A stretch of 64,000 bases of DNA, taken from positions 39,380,304 through 39,444,303 of the forward strand of contig NC_092671.1 in assembly GCF_964355755.1 (NCBI RefSeq), in the 5' to 3' direction. Source of the DNA: Antedon mediterranea. Taxonomy: Eukaryota; Animalia; Echinodermata. The number at the start of each line of letters is the position of its first letter. Positions within the stretch are counted from its first letter, which is position 1. The translations under genes were made by a program, and so were the position numbers. Below are positions 1 through 11,453 of the stretch, piece after piece. Below the pieces are notes generated by a model. It searched no databases and was not told where the DNA came from. It saw only the letters and a program-made list of their open reading frames with translations.

Positions 1-931
1 GCTAGTAAACCCTATGATTTGCCGACATTGATACTGCCTAGGTAGGCCTAGGCTAATCTTAAATACTCACCGTTGTCTTACTTCTTGTGTGAATAATAAT
101 AATAGGTAGGCCTACTTCGTTTGTTCGTGATCAAGTTTGCCCTGCGTGTACTTTTCAAAACGACCGCTAGGTAACGAATCGCAACTATACATAGCCAGCC
201 AATCCCGGATCAGGGATCGCTGTTTTCATTCAATTAGGCCCGGTGATTGGATGTGATGTGGATGACATAACCACTAGCCAATCACCAGGCACTACAGTTT
301 AAATATAATCACATCGATAATTAAGGAGATTTATGAAGAAACCACTGCTTAGCCATATATTAAAAAACACGATTGTTGTATGTCTGAACACCGGCCACGC
401 TAACAACATACATGGTCAAATGCATAATTTAATATTCTATAGATTAACGCAATTTTTAATGACAGAAGATGGCAGGCAAATAATGATAATTCAAATATAA
501 AAATGGCATATTTTATTAATATTACCAACTACCTAAAATTACCAGTCGTAAGAAAGTGAACTTTTCGTAGTCCGATTGTGATGAAACTAAAACAGAATTA
601 TTCAGCAATATATGTTTGTTATCAATTAATCATCGACGCAGACATGTCAATAGAACATTCAGACTGCGCATACGATTTCTACATGGTTACGTTTTGGTCT
701 CAAAAAATGTAACAGTTGATTCGCAGCGTTTTACAGAGGGCCGCGGTTAGAGACACGGAGTTCAATGAACGTGTTTGTTTGATTGGCAGCAGTGCTTTAG
801 TATAGGCAAGCGCGTTGTAAAATCGTTTGATGTCACCGTCGATGCATATCCTTCTATTCTTTAATCCATGATTCCACCAACCAGCACGTACACGTATAAA
901 TAGACTATTATCAGCTTTTCAGTCATGTACT

Positions 932-992
932 TGGTGGCGTAACGGGTAATGCTCAGTTTTGAGTGCTATCGGCTGGGGTTCGAACCTCGACG
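932..992 (+). repeat. tRNA-like (A-box/B-box) fragment, probably a degenerate SINE head
   Basis: TGGCGTAACGG (A-box-like) and GGTTCGAACC (B-box), but no complete cloverleaf or acceptor stem. Confidence 0.35.
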
Positions 993-1100
993 GATATTTT
1001 TATTTTTTTTGTATATTGTTTTTTTTTTAAATAGAGATATGTGACACTGTATTGTCGAACATGTATGGTACCATACCGGTAGGTATTCAAATATGCTTAA

Positions 1101-1462
1101 TACGAAAAGATTCAGTGACTTATTTCTATTTTATATCACTGTGCTCCACTGGCTCCAAGTTGGGTCCACTCGAGCACAGTGTATTAACATACGAAAAGAT
1201 ATTAAAATACCGTGAATTATTTCTATTTTATATCACTGTGCTCGCCTGGTGCAAAATTGGGTACACTTGAGTACATTTTACTAAAATACGAAAAGATATT
1301 ACAATTCAGTGACTTATTTCTATTTTATATCACCGTGCTCCACTGACGCCAAATTGGGTCCACTTTAGCACAGTGTATTAACATACGAAAAGATATTAAA
1401 ATTAGTGACTTATTTCTATTTTATCACTGTGCTCCACTGGTGCTAAATTTGGTCCACTGAAC
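1101..1462. repeat. Tandem repeat, ~4 diverged copies of a ~90-100 bp unit
   Basis: ATACGAAAAGAT...GTGACTTATTTCTATTTTATATCACTGTGCTCCACTGG...GGTCCACT recurs at ~1101, 1187, 1287 and 1383. Confidence 0.85.
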
Positions 1463-1587
1463 CAGTTACCGTAGTACTATTTCTATTTCGGAAGTAAATA
1501 AAGGCATAAATGGCGCTCCGTAGAAGTAGAGAATGCTCGATCGTCGAAATGACGTTCTGAATACACCTCCTCGACACACAACAAAGC

Positions 1588-3702
1588 TAGTCAAGTCGCC
1601 CCATCGCAAAGTCGCCCCATACAAAGTCGCCCCATACACAGTCGCCCCATCGCAAAGTCGCCCCAAAACAAAGTCGCCCTGACACAGTCGCCCCATTGCA
1701 AAGTCGCCCCATCGCAAAGTCGCCCCAACGCAAAGTCGCCCCATCGCAAAGTCGCCCCAACACAAAGTCGCCCCATCGCAAAGTCGCCCCAAAACGTTAA
1801 AAAATAGTTTAAAAGTGCGTAAAATGTCGCAATGATACACAAAATAACACGGGAATAAAAGGGGAAGCCCCGCCATGTAGTCTCAGGTCACATGATCGGC
1901 ACGCTCCCCAATCATCAGAGAGGAAGCCCCCAACTAATCACTCCGCGGTCGCACTAAAGTGCTAGCTCTCACCAGAGAGGGAAACCCCCGTAATTACTCC
2001 GCCGTTGTCGCACTACAACGCACCATCTGAAGATGGGGAAACCCCGTCGGAGTTTTACGATGATATCAGTCGCGTTCGAAATCGGTGGCGTTTAATTTTG
2101 GTCGCGATAAAATGATGTTATACGATAGATTATTTTTACTTTGGTCGATGAATATTATTATTATAGACCTATGTTAATAATTGATTTTTGTTTTTATTTT
2201 ACACTGAGGTCTATGATGAGAGAAAGATGTGTGCCTTAAAAATGACAATTTGTAAACATAGTTTAAGATTATAGTAAGCCTATTATTCAGCATAATGTCA
2301 TTTAACAGTACATACATTTAAATGTGAAATATTTTATAGGGAACGTAGGCTAGTACGTCTGTGTCTTTTATTTTTTATATGCAACAAATTAGGTAAAACA
2401 ATTTATTTATAAACATTCAGTTTACTATTATATACATAGTATTACAATGAACATTGATTATAAGCCTTGAAATGCAATCCCATCATTATATCCATTATAA
2501 AATTGCATCATATCGCCACTATATGTCGTAAATGATGACGTGCATGTGTGTATTCGTCGTACGTCCGTGTACGTATTATTCCGTGCCTCTTCACTGTCTT
2601 GTTTATTAAAATTAAATAAACACCCGATATGAGGATATTTATTAGGCATGATAATTAGAATGTTCTATAACCAAAAGGGTTGAAAAGAATTTCTTCAATA
2701 AAATGATCATTCTGCTGTTGAATAAAAAGCGACTCGCAATCTGAAACATTCTCTGAAACCAATCGGAGCTGCTCCTGCTGGTATCTGTTTCCTTCTCACA
2801 GCTGCTACGTCTTTCTGCTGCCCGTCGGGGATTCCCCTTTTTAAAAAACACGCACACGATAATCATACTGTACGATGGCTTTTCCATGGTCAAAATGTAG
2901 CGTTTTAATTTTACTAAAATACCTGCATGTGTAAAACGATCATATCGGCGAAGAAATCCCCTTTTTTTTATTTCTTCATTTTGAAAAGTCATAATTAAAA
3001 TTAAATAACTATAGACACATAACTTGTCAATAAATGCAAAATGATCAATAGGCCTAAGTAGCCTATATAACATTTATTGTCTTACAACGCTGTTATTGTT
3101 TTAGGCTACTGTAAATATACGAAGGCCTACTATTTATACACTTATTATATTATCCCTAAAAAATGAGCTGGTATCCACGAGTAGGTTGAAGAAAGATTCG
3201 TAATTGTGGCTCTGGTAACTAATTTTAAAATCATATTAAATTAACATTTTCGAAACTATAAATCAGGGATAATCTTTTCGAAATCTTTTTAGAACTTTCA
3301 AACAAGGGACTATTTTTTAATGATTTTTAAAAAGCACATCACTCCATTAAAACCTGTAAAATAAAAATTAAAACACAAATTATGTATATAATAGGATAAA
3401 CATTATAATGTATACGACATTTAGCGCGACCAAAGTAACAACGCAATCATTAAAACAGCGTACTACTAGCGGCGGCACTTCCGAAATAAAACCGTGGGCG
3501 ACTTTGCGATGGGGCGACTTTGCGTTGGGGCGACTTTGCGTTGGGGGGACTTTGCGTTGGGGCGACTTTGCGATGGGGCGACTTTGTAATGGGGCGACTG
3601 TGCCGGGGCGACTTTGTTTTGGGGCGACTTTGCGATGGGGCGACTTTGTATTGGGCGACTTTGTATGGGGCGACTTTGCGATGGGGCGACTTGACTGGAT
3701 CC
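1588..3702. mobile_element. Mutator/foldback-like DNA transposon, internally deleted, with ~200-bp TIRs made of 16-bp subrepeats
   Basis: Left arm 1589-1790 is AGTCAAGTCGCCCCATCGC(AAAGTCGCCCCATCGC)n. Right arm 3495-3696 is its reverse complement. Imperfect 9-bp flanking duplication CAACAAAGC (1579-1587) / CAACAAAAC (3703-3711). Minus-strand peptide remnants at 2458-2649 resemble a MULE transposase C-terminus. Confidence 0.8.
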
Positions 3703-4226
3703 CAACAAAACAATCCTCCTCAATCCAGCAGCATAGCAGAAGGACCAAGTGTTTTCCTTTAATATTATGCAATGATTTATTCAACAAAATAGTTAGTAAA
3801 GGACTAGAATAGTTAAATAGTTACCCTGAATAAAATAGGCCCAGCTAGGTAGCTGTAATTTTCTTAAATATTAAATACGAATTTGCTAGGCTAGCCCTCC
3901 CTTACCCTTTTTAATTTTATACTAGCTACCAGCTAGAGCTAATAAGCCCTCTACACCGTGTTGCTATCTTAGGCCTTTTTATTTAGTAGGAACCCGGCAG
4001 TTCTGTACTAATGATAGATAGGCCTAGCCTCGGCTATAATTAGGAGTATAGAGTAGTGGAGACAGATCTAAAAATATAAAATAAAATATTTGTATTGATT
4101 AATTACTTACACTCAAATATTATTTAAAGATAAATTATGATACTGCCTCAGTTGTACTAATTATAGGCCTATTATAATACTAATAGAAGATTTTTAATAT
4201 GGTTTTTATGCATAGATTTTTCAGAT

Positions 4227-7200
4227 ATGAATTCATTAAAAAGTGATTTGGAACAGTTTATCTGCGTTGGAAATGATGTTGTGGAATTGAAGTTGGGTAA
4301 TGTAATGCGAAACAATTAGTTTTAAACATTTTTTTTTAAAGTTTGCATTTTTAGTTTTAGAATTGTACTTTATTGATAAAGTATTTCTATTTTTAGTAAA
4401 ATCAGAAGATGATTTCTTCAACAATAAAAAGGTATTTAGACCCGAGATGACTCACCAATTGTTTGGTCAAACGTAAGTAAATTAAAAAATGTTTAAAATA
4501 GGTCATTTTATTCTTGTTAATTTAAGAAATTAAATAAGTAAATAAAACAGGCAAATTTAAATATCAATCTAGTACTAGTAGTATCTAAAATCGCATGATT
4601 AGAATTATATGTTTTTTTTTTCATTATAAACTTTGGTTTTTATAATTGTAGAGAAAACATCTTTGGGTACAAGGACTTGCGAATTCAACTTTACTACAGT
4701 TCAACACGACTAGCTGTATATCTGAATCATAATTATAGTGAGAAAATAAATCCAAACCAGTATGAAGGAGTTAAGGTTAGTAGTGTATTTAGATGTCCAA
4801 TAAAATATTTCATTTTTATTGGAAGCATCACTTTCAGATATCATCACAAACCTATTTTGTTTTCATAGCACTGTGATTATTTTACTAGTCAATGCCACAG
4901 AAATTCATAATCCAATTTAGTTTGGAAAAAAAGAAATGTTTTTTAAAATTTTATGTCTGTTTAAAGAAGTAATAATGATAATGTCTTTTGTATCGCGCTT
5001 AACCAAAGTAATTTTCTTTGAAGCGCTACGACCAAAAGGTTTGAACTAGGTGGAAATTACGTCACTTTATATGCTATGCAAAAGAAAGATACTCTAAGCC
5101 AAGCTCTAATGATTTCACAACTTTATTTTCATAATTCGTCAGGCCGATAATGTTATAAAAGCAATCGTAGACACATTAGAAATTCAACCAATCACAAGTA
5201 AGGATGAGTTTATCAAGGAGCTTGCAAAGGAATCGACCTTTAAACCCAGCGGAAACCTCATTCACTCGTACAGTAGGGAGCGTGAGGGTAGCACATCACA
5301 GTTTCAAGTCTACAAACACGACAGGATGTCGCTGGATAGCTTCCGCGAGTATCATTCCCGAATGCAGACATTTCTATGGTTTTTTATTGATGGCGCGTCA
5401 TATATTGACACTGATGATGATCAATGGTTATATTACACATTGTAAGCATTTATTTTTTAACCATATATTAGTGGAGCTGTAGCTTGGTGGTTAACATGAG
5501 GGTTGTAACTCACCACTCAAGCATGACTTTATAAGCATGATAAATTATTTTTAAAATAGTTTATCCATCCTGTAATTGGTGAGTTACTCGCTGTTGGATG
5601 CGTATGAAAAGAAAATAATAAAAAATATGTTCCTGAATTTCCTAGCCCACATAGTTTACACATAGACCTATTCAACAGTCGCACAAAATGCAAGACAAGT
5701 GTTTGTTTTTAATAATTGATAACAGCTTGTTTTTTCACTTGCCATCACATGCTGACTAATACTAATTTAAACCTTTTCTCATAGTCTGTATACACTATCA
5801 AACTAGTTTGACAAAAACAGTGTGATGTTCCCAAATATGGTAGTGATATGCCCAAATATGGTAGTGATATGACATCATCATTTCCATATTTGGGTACATC
5901 ACATTGTTTTTGTCACAAAGTTTGATAGTGTAGGCAGAACTTTACACATTTGTTTGTCCAATTTATATAGTAGGGCAGAATTCATTATGATAATGATGCA
6001 TGAAAGTCATAATTATTAAAAATTCTTTTTTTTAATTCATCTTAAACAGCTTTGAAAAACAAGTTGAGGGCAGTAGTACAAGGTATAATTTTGTCGGATA
6101 CATGACACTGTACAGATACTATGCATACCCCGACAAGATTAGACTAAGGATAAGGTAAATTATCATGATAGCACATAATGCAGTTTGAGTAAAGAGATAA
6201 ATGACACATTCATGTTTGTGATTAATTTTTACTACCATTTTATTTCAGTCAATTGCTGATTCTTCCTCCTTATCAAAAACAAGGACATGGAGCAGAGATT
6301 CTTCAAGCTATTTACAGGGACTTTGTTTCAGATATAAATGTTCTTGATTTCACAGGTAAGGTTTTACTTATTCTTATCTTAAGCTCTGTCTACATAATCA
6401 AACTAGTTTGACAATGTAGCTTTAGGATCTCCTGAATTTGCCATAGTTTTATAACTATTTCAATACTCCTCATTCGTTTCACAGTATAGTGTCCCCTTAA
6501 ATTTCAATTTACATAGACGAGCAGTAACGGTAAGCGAAAAACCACAAAGCTTTTCCCGCGTCGAATATATATCTATCCTGAGCAGTTTCGACTGCCTGTC
6601 CACTTCGTGTTTTGTGTAAATGGTCATAAGAAATAATTGTTTTCCCTCACTGCTCGTCTGTGTAAATTGGCCTTAATGGGGATTTCCTAAACCAGGGATT
6701 ATACTGTATATAATGTAACTTTACCAACAATATGGATTTTTTATATGAAAGTATAGTAGCTGATATTTTCCGTCAAATAAATGTTGTTCCTTCTTTGTAT
6801 AGTTGAAGATCCATCTGACAACTTTGTGCGGTTGAGAGACTATGTTGATTGTAAGGTTTGTATGAATCTACCGTCATTCCAGGCTGATGTGATACACAAG
6901 GGATTCACACACACTATGGAAAATGAAGCGCTGGAAAAATCAAAAATTCACAAGGTATTGTTAATGCATTCACGTAAAGTAGATTAACAGAACACCCTCA
7001 TGTTAATAGGTATATACTTGCAGAACATGCCTTTTGATTTTCAGGAAAATTGCTATTGGTTACGTCACAAAAGCTTATTATATTGAAATCTGACTTACAT
7101 GCATCTTCCAGATGAGATATTATATAAATAATGAATGTTTATGAGTGTAATGGTACAAATAATGGCATGAGGTGAAATATAACCTTTGGTATGCTATAGC

Positions 7201-8078
7201 ATACCAAATAGTACACTCTCTGTATTGTTTTAACATTGACCGAAATATCAACTATGGAGCCCTTTCTCCGAATATAGTATTCCCTGATTTTGATATTTTG
7301 CCAATACAAGTACTTTTCATTCAAATATTGATTTTTGTTTTTTTCCCCAGAAACAAGTTCGTAGAGTATATGAAATATTACGGTTACGTGCTACCGACAT
7401 GAGCGATGCCGAGGCTGTGAAAGCGTATAGGATAGAGGTCAAACAAAGGCTGAATATTCCATTCCAGGTATTGTAAAAATTTGTTTGCAAATTTAATAAT
7501 ACCACATTTATATAGTGCTCGAAGGCGCTTTACAGCATGACTTTTGACTTAATAATATAATAGTTCATTCTTATATAGCGCATATAAGCAAGCTTTCCAA
7601 GCGCTGAACATTATTACCCCAGTCATTTTTTTGGATCAAACACGTATACACCTGGGTGGAGAGAGGCAAATGTAAGTAAAGTGTCTTGCTTAAGGATACA
7701 AACAATGCAACGAGAGTTGGATTCGAACCACGATTAGTAATCCAGCGTCCAACACACTGCCCCACACGCCCTCATATAATCGTTATTGATTTTTATCTTG
7801 CTCACAATTAGGGAGAATGTTCAACCCATGTTTTCAAGGACATGAAGTGACCTGCAGCCTACACCAATTATTATTAATTTTTTGAAATGTTTCTCTTTTA
7901 TTCTAACATTCAGAAACAGAAAAATGAGCTTGAAAAGCTGAAGAAAGTTCTAAAACCCGAAGAACTTGCTGCAGCAATGCAGGCTGTTGATACAAATGAG
8001 AGATTTAAAATGTTAGAGAAATGGTACCAGGAACATATAGATGCTTACATGAGAGTCATAGGCAAACTCTCATCTTAG
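4227..8078 (+). CDS. HAT1: Histone acetyltransferase type B catalytic subunit (~404 aa, 9 coding exons)
   Basis: Exons 4227-4296, 4397-4472, 4652-4775, 5143-5441, 6050-6154, 6249-6355, 6803-6954, 7351-7467 and 7914-8078, all GT-AG and phase-consistent. Motifs [72 protein letters not shown] and RRVYEILRL match HAT1. A short upstream first exon may exist and was not located. Confidence 0.96.
6504..6672. mobile_element. Palindromic MITE (family D); related copy at ~44436-44620
   Basis: CAATTTACATAGACGAGCAGT ... ACTGCTCGTCTGTGTAAATTGG terminal inverted repeats. The internal ATCTATCCTGAGC...GTGTAAATGGTCATAAG is shared with the 44.5-kb copy. Confidence 0.65.
7572..7773 (-). mobile_element. tRNA-derived SINE; second copy at ~18088-18310
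   Basis: Minus strand begins GAGGGCGTGTGGGCAGTG...GGTTCGAATCC (B-box), then TCCTTAAGCAAGACACTTTAC...CTCCACCCAGGTGTA and an A/T-rich tail. A near-identical head lies at 18210-18310. Confidence 0.75.
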
Positions 8079-9009
8079 TAAAGGCACTTAGTGAAAATAG
8101 ATGCTTACAGGACAGTCATAGAATACTTTATCATAGTTGAAGCAGGGAAAAGTAACTCTTCCCTGGTTGAAGTTACTCAGTGAAACTTGTGTAACTATTA
8201 TATCAAAGATAAAAGGAATCATTTCTTTAAACATCATCTGTTGTCATATATTGAAGTGTGTAAAGAACATTTCGCTATAGTGTAAAACTCGAAAAAGAAG
8301 CTCATCTCAAAAACAAGTCTTCACCATGGTTTGCAGATGTAATACTGTATTAACAAATGTATGTTGTATGAAATGACAAAGGAATTGTGGGATAAATCTG
8401 GCATTTACTTGTTAGATATGAGATGCCATCATCTTATTATATTTGTCCTCTTTGAGGTGTTTACAGCAATGGTATTTATACTGTACAATATGTATTTTTC
8501 TTATCGTTCATAATAAAACCATGATTTCCATATGATCAGACAGTCTAATAAATAAATATTGAAATGCGATTATTAAATGATTGTGTAAATACTTTACTTG
8601 TTTTTCATTATTCAGAGAATCAGGCCATCATTGACTGGTTTTGTATATTTAATTGAGACAGTAATTAAATGCACAAATATTTATCTTTTATATTATTATT
8701 ATATTAATGTACATCAATATTGAAAACATCACGGTCCAGTATATATATATTTTTTTAAATTTATTCTTGAATTGAAGCACTGGGTTCCATAGCTGTCCTG
8801 CTCTCGTAAAATCAGTCGTACTTATTGCAGGCCATGAATCAGGTGGGAGTATCCTTTACCGCATTATACGTAGTTCGTCTATTTCACCCTAATCGAGGAC
8901 AGGCGTCATCCGCGATGACGACAGCGCCTTCAACCTGTATGAAAACCAGCAAATCAAGTTTAATTATTAGAAATGTTAAATGTAATTCAACTATAATTAG
9001 CAATACATG

Positions 9010-9196
9010 ACTGTCCTCAGCTCTCATAATCATTGGTCACAGACATATTACAAGCAGTAAAGATTTGGATGAAATGAAGAATGAAAGATGAAAAATGAAA
9101 TGTATATAAATGATGATAAATGAAGATGAAGCTTGAATGAAATCTCAACTTCTGCAATACATTAGTCTCAGATTCTTGTTCACATCATTGGACAGT
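9010..9196 (-). ncRNA. Box C/D snoRNA/scaRNA, SNORD97/SNORD133-like (predicted guide for tRNA-Met Cm34), copy 1
   Basis: Terminal stem ACTGTCC/GGACAGT, C box ATGATGT, D' CTGA, long internal stem with a pyrimidine-rich (TTCA)n loop, guide GATTATGAGA, D box CTGA. The 3' end lies ~75 nt upstream of the 3' splice site. Confidence 0.85.
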
Positions 9197-9479
9197 AAGT
9201 ATATTTAACTGCTTTATTATAATGGCATGAATAAGGAGGGAATATCAAACAAATTCTAAACACCTTGATTGACTTGGTAGCCTCAAGTCTATAGCATATC
9301 ATTTGTACTTAGTCGACCCACTTCACCCCAAAGCGGGGACAAGCTTCATCCTGGACGACTCAAGAGCGCCAGCAACCTGTATGAAAACAAGCAAACAAGT
9401 TTAATTAGCATAAATGGTAAATTTAATGAAACTATAAATAGTTTTAATTAGTATTAATAAATAATTTTAAATACATGAC

Positions 9480-9662
9480 TGTCCTCAGCTCTCATAATCA
9501 TTGGTCACAGACATATTACAAGCAGTAAAGATTTGGATGAAATGAAGAATGAATGATGAAAAATGAAATGTTTAATAATGATGATAAATGAAGATGGAGC
9601 TTGAATGAAATCTAAACTTCTGCAATACATTAGTCTCAGATTCTTTTTTACATCATTGGACA
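9480..9662 (-). ncRNA. Box C/D snoRNA/scaRNA, SNORD97/SNORD133-like, copy 2
   Basis: Paralogue of 9010-9196 with stem TGTCC/GGACA, C box ATGATGT and an identical GATTATGAGAG-CTGA guide/D box. It ends ~100 nt upstream of the acceptor at 9377. Confidence 0.85.
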
Positions 9663-11128
9663 TTTGCATAAAACCAATTTCTTTTTTTTTCAAGTAAAAT
9701 ATAAATTGTAAATAATTATAACAATACATAATTTTGTTAAAAATATTAGTATGTTATTAAATCAACTTACAGATAATTATTTTCTTTTCCTGCAAGCATT
9801 ATAGTTGGTTCTAGAGCACTGGTACTCAATCACACTGAAGTCCATAGCACTGTAAAAAGAAAAAATATAATAACATACAGTACTAGGCATTGTTTTCCTG
9901 TGTAATATTCTATTGAAAAACTATACAAAAGGTTTTTATATTAACATTTACACTATGTAACTTAATACTAGGTAGGTATATATTGACATAAAAGAACACG
10001 GCTCATCACCGTGGAAACGGACTGATCGCTGGGTAATGCCCAGAATTCCACTCGCAGACAGTTTGAATTGCAATACTTGAGCACTCTCTGACGATCGTTC
10101 TTAAACGGGCTAACACCAGGGGTCCTGGAATGCCCTTCGGTAATGAATCCAATCAAAACAACTCGACAACTAATTAAGAGTGTATGCTGCATTTGGACAG
10201 ATACTTAATTTTTAAAAGGCAGTTGGGATTGGACTGTTGAACAAGAACTTTCTCCAATAATTTATTAGAATTAGCCAACAATCATGATGTGCCTTGGAAA
10301 GGTAGGTTTAATTAATATTCAAAATCTAAAGAGTAAAATGTAACAGCAATAAATATGGAAATTTACTGGCCTGGGGATGAATTAGGATGCAAAAAAGTTA
10401 AATTATTAAACCAAACTGCTACTTTACTTCATCAATTACTACTACTACTAGGAACTTATAGTACTCCTAGTCTATAACCAACCATATGGACTGAAGTTTA
10501 CCTCCATCCATGTACTAGTATCTAAACTAGGCTTAGGCTAAACCTACAGCTAGTTAGGGTACCGAGTATGGTATGGGCCTACAACCTATATACATTATAA
10601 TCGAAAATTTTAAAAGAAAAATCAATTTTAAAAAGTTTTTATTTTAAATAGCCTAGGCCTGTCTAGCTAGCTAGCTAGGCTAGCCTAGGCCTAAATATTA
10701 TTTATTCAAAAGACAAATTAAAATGTTAATTGCATTACAAATCCGGTGGAATGTGAAGATATGTAGGCCTATACAACAAAAATAAAACGTGTTAGACGAT
10801 ATTATTGGTTCCCAATGTTAAGCTAGGCCTAGATCCCCAACCCTCACGATGTCCGTACAAACTAGGCTAAAGGACAGCTGAAATGCCGTTGGGCCTACTC
10901 GGACTGAGTGAGTGAGACTCTGCAGGCCTAAGAATTCATCAACAAAATAAACGTGTTTTTGATCGACTGATTAGGACCACAATACATGACAAACAACAAG
11001 AGGAGACATTGAAAATGTGTCACTTATATAACAGAACTCTCACCCAGGGGACAACTGTATTTAAATAAAAGTATTTGAACAATTTGGAAAATGTTCACGC
11101 TTCTTCTTGTCTCTCCAAACGCCGCCAT

Positions 11129-11453
11129 GTTTGTTACTCAAATGTGTAAAATTACTCTGGACGACGGCGTAATATCATTCCGCATTTACAATTTATACAA
11201 TAATGTGTGCATTAATAAACGTCAAATTTACAAATATACTTTTATAAATTTTTAAAAAATTATATAAACGGATTTATAATGTAATAAAATATCTTTACTC
11301 AGAATAATGAATTCTATTTTATTTCGAATACACATACACAAATCGTTGTGACGCGTACTTCCTATACACACTCCCCAAAACATTGGATTGTTAAATACCG
11401 TCTGCTGTCAGTTTATTTTTCTTTAATTTTCTCTTTCTTTCAATTCTATAAAT
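11129..11453. promoter_or_regulatory. Putative bidirectional promoter between the snoRNA host gene and RSU1
   Basis: Two start codons point away from each other ~325 bp apart (CAAACATGGCGGCG on -, RSU1 ATG at 11454 on +). GTGACG, ACTTCC and ATTGG motifs lie near 11348-11387. Confidence 0.55.

Larger units (their letters stand above)
8760..11130 (-). ncRNA. Spliced snoRNA host gene (SNHG-like), divergent from RSU1
   Basis: Exons ~11130-11044 (donor GTGAGA), 9849-9771 (TTTTTACAG acceptor, GTAAGT donor), 9376-~9309 and 8934-~8750, with AATAAA at 8765-8760. Only a 34-aa ORF (MAAFGETRRS...LWTSV*) is present. Two introns each contain a box C/D RNA. Confidence 0.7.

Noticed and set aside
932-992. 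Functional tRNA gene
   Set aside because: A and B boxes are present, but there is no acceptor or anticodon stem pairing.
1466-3812. Multiple overlapping ORFs with WGDFAMGRL / KSPHRKVAP repeats
   Set aside because: They are translations of the 16-bp subrepeats in the transposon TIRs, not genes.
8838-8862. TCAGGTGGGAGTATCCTTTACC resembles the 5' end of U8 snoRNA
   Set aside because: No proper downstream C and D boxes on the + strand, and it is antisense to the host gene's last exon; probably chance.
10000-10200. Short similarities to U3 (TGACGATCGTTCTT), SRP (GGAAACGG) and 7SK (TGATCGC, GCTGCAT)
   Set aside because: The motifs are isolated and in the wrong order or context for any of these RNAs; the region is kept only as an unassigned structured island.
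11044-11128. Conserved protein-coding gene starting MAAFGETRRS
   Set aside because: Splicing to the next exon gives a stop after 34 codons with no recognisable family; treated as a host-gene short ORF.
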